This document shows, piece by piece, positions 14,953-24,829 of a DNA stretch of 64,000 nucleotides. Below the pieces are notes generated by a model. It made no database searches. It saw nothing but the letters and a program-made list of their open reading frames with translations, and was not told the origin of the DNA. Positions within the stretch are counted from its first letter, which is position 1, and the number at the start of each line of letters is the position of its first letter. The stretch comes from Lingula anatina (lineage: Eukaryota; Animalia; Brachiopoda): positions 10,810,567 to 10,874,566 of the forward strand of contig CM120644.1 of NCBI GenBank assembly GCA_051362555.1, written 5' to 3'. The position numbers and the translations under genes are program-made.

Positions 14953-16216
14953 CCATCAAATAGTGATTAAACATTTCACACAGATGTAAGAATTTGTGAT
15001 ACTATATTTGCACGTGTAATAGTTAGAAAATTAGTCTGCCCTTAGTTTGTCGAAAGACAGGCGCTTCAAGGGTTGAGTGTAGAGGGCAAATGAAGAAAGA
15101 AATTAAGTGCAACCCTTCCAAAACAAGAGCACTGTGGTTTCATTCCCCCTTTACAGATTAGAAGTTGTATGGATCTTCAGTTGCTAAATGTTTCTTCTTT
15201 TCTGAATATCCTGGGTTCCCTTTGAAATAGTAAGAACAAATGACACGCAATTTTCCTAAGCATTAATGAAATTTATCTGCCATACGCTGCACTCATATTC
15301 TAATTGCTAGATTCGTTTTAAAGCTTTCTTCACTGCTAAAATACCTAGTAATTTTCACACAATTTGCATTTTAAATTGTCTATGCGTAAAACAAGAACGT
15401 CATTGCATCAGAGAAGCAAAGGCGCATCCAGGCACAATTGAACGAACCTTTTGCTCCACCACGCCAAATCTGTATACAAACCAATTAAGCCGTGGTAGTT
15501 ATCGATCTTGCGTGAATCACGGTTGTGGTAATGTATGTGTTTGTAACAGAAATTGACATATCAAAGGGATTAGCTTGAGAATGGGAATCAAGGCAGGTGG
15601 TATATTTTTAATTAATCTGCAGAAAGTGGCCGGGGATTAGTGAGAGAGAGAGAAAGAGAGCACAGATTGAAAATGAACACCATCACGCCTGGGAGGATTA
15701 TTCAGGTACCGTTTCAGAGGAAGTGCTAGTTAGGATAATTCTAGGATTGTCAATAGTTTTCACCCAAAAAAAAATGAAATTTATTGTTTGTTAGAGGTTT
15801 CTGCACAGTAACGACCAGTCGCACGAAAACCAGACTGTCGACAGGAAAGAGATCCCTCTTTCTGAATTCTTGATATTCTTCAGAAGATTGGATAGAGTTG
15901 AATTTTTGGGATTAATGTTAATTGTCGCTTTTTATTCATTCCGGACTTGGACAAATAAAACGTTTTATTTGTACAAGATCTGCGAAAGGAGTTTGAAAAG
16001 AAGCGAAGGCCGACCTGGTGCATCTCTAAAGACTTCAAATTTAACTGCACAACCACTGATTTTTCAAAGGATGGTTCATAAATTCTACCGATATCAACGA
16101 AGTGTCTGATCCAGAGCGTTGAATTATTTACCATTTTCCCTTTGGTATCAATGGTTTCCGCTTGGTAGCCTGAAAGCAGGAAATATCGTTTCCAATACTA
16201 GCAAGACGTGTACGAT

Positions 16217-19200
16217 ATGGATGTAACAACTACTGCCGAGGTTCGAGTCCGGAATAGCCTCCCCATAACATCGGAGACGATCGTCTTTGGATTCCGACTG
16301 TGGCACATAGTGGCCATCGTTTTAGCAGGATTACTGGCACTCAGTTAGTATATAGGCGGTTTCCTTGATGGCACGTTCTCATTGCCTGTTTAGATTCACA
16401 ATGAACTACGTTCTTGAACCGCTCACCGCTCCTTTCTGATTTCGTATTTCATCAGCTTCGTGGTTTCTGTTGTCTTTTAACTAGTTCTTCAACCCCCCTA
16501 GTTCTTCAACGTGGTGACGTGATTTAGGCCCCCCGCAATCTCCAACGACCAGCATTAAGACATAAATCACGTCACCATGCACTCATACGCACTCACACAC
16601 GTGCGCGAGACCGGACACACACTTACGCATTCTTCAATACACTGTATAGTTTCGCCTAACCAAAGAGATATAAAGCGTTGTCTTTAAACGAATACTTAAA
16701 AGGTTTTTCTGATAACAAAACCCGATCGTGTGGTGGGCGGTAAGTAAAAAAATTAAATGTTGCGTTGTTACTTTCTCACTTTACCTATGTATCGGCGTGA
16801 ATGAGTCCCTTTTGAATGTTCTTATTTTTGGGTGGCGTGAATGTTCACAGCAGAGAAGGGTGTCTTATTTATATTTTATCATTAATTTTTCTTCTTTATT
16901 TTTCAAAAGTTGTCCTATGCTGTTGCTGCATGGACTGCAGAATACCCAGAACTAAAGCAGAGATAGAGGCAGACCACAAGAAGAAGAAAATGAAAAAGAA
17001 AATGGCGCCTACACTAGTCCCTACACAAAGTAAAGAACCATATATTGATTTTGTGCCTTATCCGGTTCACGTTTTTATATAAATGTTATGTGTCTTGTCT
17101 AGTGTATGTTTTTATATAAATGTTATACATTACAGTTTAACAATGTCTCCAACACCAGTGCCCCACCCTAGCTACTCCTATATATCAGCGCAGTTAAAGG
17201 GATACATGTAACAACTGTTCGTAAGATATCAATATTTCACGTTTCACAATAAATACATTGTAAACAGCTGATAGAAATATAATTAATTCCATTTAAACAC
17301 CAAAAACAGTGGTTAACGCAATTATTCTGGAATTTGTGCTTGCCATCACGTCACGTGACCTCCATAGATGGCTACACTCTTTAATAATCTCTGTAATAAG
17401 AGAGTATTACAGAAAACCAACTTTTTAGAAAAAACAAAGACCAACTTTGAATGTGGGATGGACTCATTACCCATTGGTAAGTATGGGAAATTTTTCATTT
17501 ACCCCAGGAAAATCCTTTTTTTTTTTATTTGGCCAAAATGAACAGTTGTTATCTCTGTAATTTACCATCGGTTTACACGTGAGCCAACTTATTCCTTCTC
17601 CGAGTTCCAGATATTTCCAGAAATAACTAACCTACACTGATAGTGTAACGTAACGTAACGGCAAAGGCTTAATGTTGGGGCATTTTAGTTTCCAATAGGT
17701 TGATATTTGAAACGCAGGGTCACCACCACCCCCCCCCCACCCCCAAATTTGCAGGATATTTTGCTACAATATTGCTGCAAATTAGCAGCAATAGGCCTAT
17801 TTTTTTTTCTTACAAACACCTGCAAACTTGTTGCTGCAAACTTTTCAATTTGCCAAGGGCTGGCCCTTTTGTCCCAGCTCTAAATCACCCTAACACACAC
17901 GCCCCTCCCCACAACGACCACCGCCATTACGAGCCTCCACCAATAAGGTATTAATACCTATGATCATTTCACATTGCAGGACGTCCAGAGAGCGGTATAT
18001 CTGGCTCCACCAACAGCTCATACATGAGTCAGCTCAACCCGACCATGTTGACCATGGACCCCAGGGCCGCCAGGGGGAGACTCTGTCACGGACCAGTGAT
18101 TCCACTTCCAGGTAAAGGTCTGGATTTTAGCAAGAACGTGTTGTGTTATGGGTTAGATTGGAAGGAAGATAGGCGATTTAAAAGAAACAAGGTAAATGTC
18201 GTGATTTGTAGCACGACATAACGATGTTTGGCCTTCCAAAACACTGTGAAAGAAAAACGCCCAAAACACCATGATAATCCTTGCGCGCTAGTAGGCCTAA
18301 TTCATCGCCTTTACATACGCGGGCCTTTCATATATTGTAAATCGTTTTGATTCCCAATGACAAAAATTGAAAACAGAGTTAAACTGAATAAAAAGATCTG
18401 CCCAGGCGTGAAGCAATTTGCAGTACTTAGTGTAATAAAATTATATATTTATAACACACGTAGTATTATCTCTCAATCAAATACAAACTTTTATATCAAT
18501 GCCCCCATAAATTGTGCATGACAGATCAGATGTGGTTGATATTTTTCTAATTCATCTTATTGATTTACCTTGGACGACGGTTACGGGTCGTCCGTCTTGT
18601 TGCCTGTTGTAATTCATCATAATGAGAGCAAGTCGAAAACACGTGCGATTTCCCAGGAAAGGTATTATTTCACACGTGACTCATGAACGCTGACAGTGTT
18701 GCTGCACCTAATTTAGTCTCCCTTCACTTAAATATATATGTCAGTGCATGAAAATAAACATGGCGTGGGCGCCTTCTGCTCGTCAATTTTGGCTGTCGAT
18801 TTCCTCTCACTGCATTTGTTCTGGGTTATTGAATGAAGCGATAGATCGGTCATGATCAAACACTGATGGATTAAGCTTATTAAGAGGGGAGACGGGGTAA
18901 GAAACGATGTTCCACCCCCGACCCAAATGTCATTTATAAGTGTAGCTGGCGGTAACTACTTTGTCCAGTAAATAAATAATGAATTTTATCTGTCATTTTC
19001 ATCGGTTAAATTACTATGATGGCTTCATCAATACTGGAGAACAATGAAGCCGATTTGGGTAGAGATTATACTGTCAGAGCAAGTAAAAAGCATTGCTCTT
19101 TGAAAAAGGGTACAAAACTTACGTGAAAAATTGAGAAAGCAGAAGAGTAGAATATAAGAATATAACATACTCTCAAATAATACGGGTTTCGACTTACCTA

Positions 19201-20238
19201 ATAAGCTTATGTGATACTTTAATTAAAATGGAGAAAGTTGCGCTTCAACTAATTGCGTATGTTACAGTTTACGCTTTCTTTGCATACAATTTCCTAAACA
19301 ATAATTGATCAAGGCTCAAATTTTGTTTAAAATGCCAATGTACTTTATCACATTTAGTGCATACCTTGAAATGTTTTCATAGACGACAAAGATTTTTTTC
19401 TAAACATTAAAACATTTCCTCCCCATCTTGCCAGTTTTCAGACCAACTCCATACGGACAAAGACCTTTAAAACAGGTAGAATGAATATCACTAAACGGGT
19501 TGATAGCTCTGCATGCATGGAATAAAATGTATTTACACATACATATGTGTATATATGGTTTGAACGGCACGAGATCTTGCATGAAAAATAAAAAAGGCAT
19601 GCCAAGAACACTACATATATGTAAAGCACAATTATATTAGTAGAAGCACCGTGTCGGCCTATGCCTAAAACCAAGTGTTATCACTACGTGTGGTGATCAT
19701 ATACACTGCATACATGTTGAATGAAAACATCAATACCAGTGACAGTGTGTCATAAACGCATGCTGGTGCTTGCAATTATTGCATATCTGACCTGTGTCTG
19801 TGCGCGTGCGTGTTTGCGTGTGCATTAACCCAAATGTATGGGACCCGTATGAATGCATTCGATATAGTCAGAATATATATGTGTTAAATGTTCATATAAG
19901 TTTCTGCAAATACTTTTCAAATTGTACGAGTCATACAGTTTTGCGAATCCATAATCGGTGGAGGGGAATTTCTGAACATATATGTACATGTTTTAGGCCT
20001 AAGTGATGGCACTCTATTGAATATCTAAAAATGTGCAAAACTGCGACAGACCACCATTTTATTTTTACGGTCTACTTCTTTAGAAAATTTCTTCCAAATA
20101 TTTCACAGATCCCATCGTTTATTTTGCCGTCTGCATTTTTTTTCAGATCCCTCGCATAGTGGTGAGCCGGGTGGGCTCCAGCACTCGGCCTCCGAGACCA
20201 GTGTGGCGTCCACTTCAGTTTCTGCCACCAGGTTCTAG
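16217..20238 (+). CDS. TMIE: Transmembrane inner ear protein homolog, 4 coding exons (16217-16343, 16910-17029, 17980-18111, 20147-20238), about 156 aa
   Basis: Spliced translation MDVTTTAEVRVRNSLPITSETIVFGFRLWHIVAIVLAGLLALIVLCCCCMDCRIPRTKAEIEADHKKKKMKKK... matches the TMIE signature RLWH-TM-LCC..CR(I/V)PRT.xEIEA followed by a basic tail. All introns are GT-AG, phase 1. An in-frame TAG at 16199 lies upstream of the ATG. Exons 3-4 are low complexity and less certain than exons 1-2. Confidence 0.85.
17198..17556 (-). mobile_element. Diverged family B copy in TMIE intron 2
   Basis: Starts ttaa-agggata. Shares cacgtgacctccat.gatggcta and ccattggtaagtatgggaaa with 46428-46764. Confidence 0.7.
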
Positions 20239-20362
20239 AAATTTGACAAAGTTCTAAAATATTTCTATTTCAAATCGTTCTATTATTATTCTGCGGAAAC
20301 CTTAGTTTTTTTTTTTTTTCGACAAAGACATTGCATGGAATGCGTATAGATCAGATAGAATT

Positions 20363-20622
20363 CAGTGGCCGATTTAGAGGGGGGCGGGGGGGGCTGACCC
20401 CCCCCCCCCCTTTGATTTCTGGTCCCCTCTTGAAATTAGAATTTTGAATAGCTGTACCATAGTTCTAAACCGTACCAAAGGGCACCGTTCGCCCTCTAAA
20501 ATACCAAAAATTTGGGGTTCACTTCAGCGGGTCCCGAACCCCACGCCAAGTGGGTGGGGGGTGGGGGGGATCGGCTTCGCATCTGCGAACTCCCCATTCA
20601 AATTATCCTTGATTCGCCCCTG
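20363..20622. mobile_element. Degenerate hAT-like MITE downstream of the TMIE stop codon
   Basis: cagtggccgatt ... gattcgcccctg, flanks GAATT/GACTT, G-run/C-run hairpin. Confidence 0.65.
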
Positions 20623-21585
20623 GACTTGAAATTACTTTTCGTCAGCAAACGTCATATATTTATATTTGAGAAATGATATATTAAAAAAAAACATATTGTT
20701 GTGATTGCTATGGCGTCCACAGCATTAGCAGGTACTGAATTTAAGAAACTTACCAAAGCACACTTAATTTATTTTTGATATAGACATTGAATAAAATGCT
20801 TATAGACAACGGTTTGAGTGTCAGATCAGCGAAAAGGAAAAGTCATGGTAATAACTTCTATTGCTCAGGCAAACATGGTGTTTATGGTAAACGAAGGCGT
20901 TTTAAAATTTCCAAATTGCATACTAGTGACATATAAAAGGATGAGTGCAATACCCGTATGTTGAAGGCGCCTTTCAAAATTCAGATTGTCATTCTATCGA
21001 CCAATGTATTGCACTCAATGACATTGATGGAATACATGCCAGACATACATAACGTCATAGTTTATTAGGCATTAGCCATTTCCATCATTGTGTTTTCCAT
21101 TGACTCAAAGTATTTATCGGACTTAAACTTGAAATGCTGTGTAATGGCAGCAAAACATGTTTATTGGATATTATTTCAATATGCTGTAAACTCCAAGAAT
21201 TTAAAAGATTGTCCACCAAAGATAAATTTTTAAAAAATCAAAAGACAACCGTGTAATTCCTGAGAAGCAAGAATTTATTTTTTCAGTAAGCTCTTCAATG
21301 TGCAAACGTTTCATTTTCTATGTGAGCGTTTCCTCTTTGAGATATATAAATTTCTAATAAATGATCATGAAAAAAAAATGTCTCGAGCCCTTACCTTTGA
21401 GTCATCAATTATTTAATTGAGTAATAGTTTCTTTTCTTGAATAACTAATGCCTTGCCTATAAGTCATCATTTACTCTGTATGTCACACATGATAACTTAT
21501 TAATACTAAGAGTCTTTGCACTTATTATAACGGCACCATATGGCAATATGGCAGGTCAAATCAGGTGGTTTTAAAGCAAGCCTTA

Positions 21586-21824
21586 GGGACCATACCCACA
21601 GAAATTTAGATCGATCTACCTCTCTGGGGAGTCTCACTAAATCGATATCAACTTAACTGGCTTAAATGTCTGTCACGCCTAGTAAAGCTGTTAGTGTGTA
21701 ACTATCGTTACCCCCTAGCTGATTCGGTGTGACAGACATTTAAGCCGGTTAGTTGATAGCAAATTAGGGCGACTCCTCGGGGAGGCCGATCCAGATGGAT
21801 CGATCTGGGCATGGGAACCCAGCC
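21586..21824. mobile_element. Foldback MITE related to family A
   Basis: Shares tttagatcgatcta...ggggagtctcacta with family A. Internal arms ggcttaaatgtctgtcac / gtgacagacatttaagcc. Flanked by TTA/TTA. Confidence 0.75.
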
Positions 21825-21827
21825 TTA

Positions 21828-22028
21828 GGCTGCATTCACAACCAAAGTTGATCCGCGAACTAACAGATCTGTAGATCAAATATGGTCGTCCCACTTATAA
21901 GCTTACCGCGTAATCCCCGTATCTATTCAGTATCTATTAGGGGATTATGCGACGAGCTTTAAAGTGATTCAGCCATATTTCACCCGCGGATCTGTTAGTC
22001 CCCGGTTCAACTCGGTTTGGAAGTGCCC
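21828..22028. mobile_element. Second foldback MITE (Tourist-like), directly abutting the previous one
   Basis: About 90-bp imperfect inverted arms (actaacagatc/gatctgttagt, aaatatgg/ccatattt, taatcccc/ggggatta). Flanked by TTA/TTA. Confidence 0.75.
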
Positions 22029-22903
22029 TTAATATGCACATGTGGCGCATTGATAGTCGTTTCTGTTGGCAAGCCAGTTGAATCGACCTGTTAACTCGAG
22101 AAAGTGCAAAACTGGTCGACCTTAATTGATATCAGAGATTTTAAACTACGGATTCACGGAGTACACACCTTTTGATTTATTTGCAAACTGATTCCCCTTT
22201 GTGTCCTTAATTGAGATGGTATCCGTTTTAGCATTAAAAGCCCCCTGACGACCAATCATTCCTCCAAACCATAAACAAATCTATTAAACGTAATTGTCCG
22301 GTGGCTTTTATCTCATCAGAGCAATTGAACCACTTAGATAATTGATTTAATAGTGACAAGTGTTTACAAGACCGTAAATCCTCATTTTGGTATCTATCAT
22401 TAAAGGTAGTTGAAATATATTTTACCAAGAGAAGTTTTATCTTTTATGTTAATGCAGTTCCGAAATTGGCATTGGGGCCTTACAATGGGATGTGAAACAA
22501 TGAAGTTATTCCATCATCACTTAATTCAATGGTCTTCACCTTATGAAAAAAAAAGATGGAGACAATTGCGTAAGAATTATTGGTACAGGTACACCTATAG
22601 TGTTAAATTAGCATCCACACATCGCGAGCATAAACTTATCACGAGAGAGAGCGGTACAAAAACTGAACGACAATATAAATACGTATAAAGAATATAAATA
22701 CTACACATTTCGTCCTAAATGTATAATGTAAATAAGGAAACAAAGACATGAATTCCAGTTCGTCTCTTGCTCAAAAGCAAGTCAAAAGTGAATCCCAGAT
22801 AAAACAGGCAGTGCAGCTAAAGCGATAAAATGTTCCTGAAGAAATGCCCTTGTTGGGGAATAAAAAATCAAACGTCAACGCAAGATGAATATCCGTTGTC
22901 TCA

Positions 22904-24829
22904 TCATTCAAATAATTCTCCATCGGGTTTATTCTCCCAAACAGGAAGGTACACCTTGTCTTCTTCCCGCACAAACCCAATTGTCCACCATCTCTTCATG
23001 CAGGCCGGATAAAAGTGAAACACCCTCTCAAATTCGGTGACGACAGAAATTTTCTGCAGCACCGAGATCACTTGCCGGTTCTCGTGCAGTATGGAGACTG
23101 AGCTGGTCATGATCCCGATGAGAAAGTTCAGGAGGAGGATGGCTATTGTGAAGACGTAGAGGAGATGTTGTACCGCGAGGGCTAGCACGCGTGGATCTGT
23201 CTGTTCCACGTACCCCGTCACGTTGATGGTGTTCAGCATGATTTTGAAAGTGGAGTAAAAGGACCAGATGAAGTCCGGGAAATCGTTGTTGCAGGTCTCG
23301 GCGAGGAGAGCGTAGAAAACGAAGGCGAACTGGATTATCACCAAGATGAATATGACACTGAATCTGCTCATGTCCAGCATCATTTTCTGAAACACAACCA
23401 CAAAGTAGCCAATCCTGGGGGCTAGTTGGACGATGTATAGGACAAACCACACATTAAGGATGCAGGCAAAGGAGAAAGTCAAGTAAATAAGCGCGAGGAT
23501 GATCATTGGAGGTTCATTTAGGCTCTCTACCACGTGACCCGACAATGGCAAGGCCAAAAGGACCAAGACAGCATGGAGAAAACTAAATATGCGATAAATG
23601 TTTGCAGACACTATAGTTTTACTGTCCGACATCATCAATCTGGCGAATTTATACTTTGGCTTCCACGACAAACAATGGACGGTAACTGTGGTGAGGATTT
23701 CGTTCAGGATCGCGATTAAGCAGGTGATGGATACAAACATTTGGCAGCCGAAAACGAATGATTTGTTTTCAATCTCGCCTGAAATTGCGATCGATTGGGC
23801 GGCGCTGCACGTCGCATTGGTGGCAGCGGCGGCTAAAGGTGACGTGGTGTTGGATGCAGCTGCTGCAAGACGTCTCGTCTGGGATTGCGTAATTTCGTGA
23901 AATGTCGCCATTACAGTAAAGCAGAAAATCACGGCGTAGAAAACCCGCATCAAGCCGGAAATAACTATCGGTATCGTCATATTCTTTAAGCTGGCTTCTA
24001 TCCAAGTGTCCATGGCAGAAGAGGACAAGATCATGGGCGTTGTGGGTCTTCCCAAGACAGCAGGCTTCAAAAATGCTAGCATTAGCAAAGGTGATTTATA
24101 AAATCGTTCTTTGTCGGATGAATTTGAGAAGTGATATTCGGTTACATCGTAATATACGAGTTTGCGAAGACCGTGGCTTTTTCTCACGTGTCTGTAAATG
24201 CCGTCCACAGAAAATATGGCCTGGATAAGTGGAAGCACACCCAATGCGGCTGCAAGCTCCACCGGACGTAACCGTAAGTTGTCTTCTTGAAGCAGAAGAG
24301 ATGTGAAGATGTCCTTAGGGATGGTTTTTTGTAAGAAGTAAAATATCTCATGGCATTTCTTTTCCTGGTTTGGCCAGATGTGCGCAGCCCAAACCAATGC
24401 GTGCATGATGTTACGCCCGTCGTCATGTTGCTCTACGCATGCGCCGTGTTGGAGGAGAATATCGAGACATCTGCTCGAACCACTCCCGACGGCAATGAAC
24501 ATTGGCAGGCGAAATTCACTGCAGAATTTTGTCAAATTTGTCCGTTCCTCAGACTCAAATCCAAAACTGCTATTAATTAAATAATTCTTTTCCTCTGGCG
24601 TCACAGCAGATAGTATATTCTCGACAAAGTCACCGTTGTCAGAGATTATGGCGTCGAGCCAGGTTTCAAATGTCAGAGAGTTCAACACAGTGCATCTTTG
24701 GATCATGGCATCGTTAAGTGCTTTCCTTACACATGCTGGGAAGCTGTGACCGTTTTTCCCCAAATATGCATTAGAATCGCAGTGGAAAATCTCCGTTACT
24801 TTGTCCTGATGCGTCTTTATGGAACCCAT
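22904..24829 (-). CDS. TRPV/TRPVL-like ankyrin-repeat transient receptor potential cation channel, single coding exon, 641 aa
   Basis: Ankyrin-like motifs (LPMFIAVGSGSSRCLDILLQHGA, GRNIMHALV, LRPVELAAALG), a TRPV-type linker YDVTEY, six hydrophobic segments, S4-S5 IGYFVVVFQKMMLDMSRF, pore helix FYSTFKIML and S6 LLLNFLIGIM. An acceptor (tttaatttcag) and an in-frame TAG immediately precede the ATG, so any upstream exon is untranslated. Confidence 0.85.
   Translation of the reverse strand: MGSIKTHQDKVTEIFHCDSNAYLGKNGHSFPACVRKALNDAMIQRCTVLNSLTFETWLDAIISDNGDFVENILSAVTPEEKNYLINSSFGFESEERTNLTKFCSEFRLPMFIAVGSGSSRCLDILLQHGACVEQHDDGRNIMHALVWAAHIWPNQEKKCHEIFYFLQKTIPKDIFTSLLLQEDNLRLRPVELAAALGVLPLIQAIFSVDGIYRHVRKSHGLRKLVYYDVTEYHFSNSSDKERFYKSPLLMLAFLKPAVLGRPTTPMILSSSAMDTWIEASLKNMTIPIVISGLMRVFYAVIFCFTVMATFHEITQSQTRRLAAAASNTTSPLAAAATNATCSAAQSIAISGEIENKSFVFGCQMFVSITCLIAILNEILTTVTVHCLSWKPKYKFARLMMSDSKTIVSANIYRIFSFLHAVLVLLALPLSGHVVESLNEPPMIILALIYLTFSFACILNVWFVLYIVQLAPRIGYFVVVFQKMMLDMSRFSVIFILVIIQFAFVFYALLAETCNNDFPDFIWSFYSTFKIMLNTINVTGYVEQTDPRVLALAVQHLLYVFTIAILLLNFLIGIMTSSVSILHENRQVISVLQKISVVTEFERVFHFYPACMKRWWTIGFVREEDKVYLPVWENKPDGELFE

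Noticed and set aside
13895-14963. Repeated 62-100 aa ORFs
   Set aside because: By-products of the 362-bp tandem repeat. Frames are not preserved between copies.
23028-24584. Overlapping alternative-frame and antisense ORFs in the channel gene
   Set aside because: Expected shadow ORFs of a GC-richer coding sequence, with no independent motifs.
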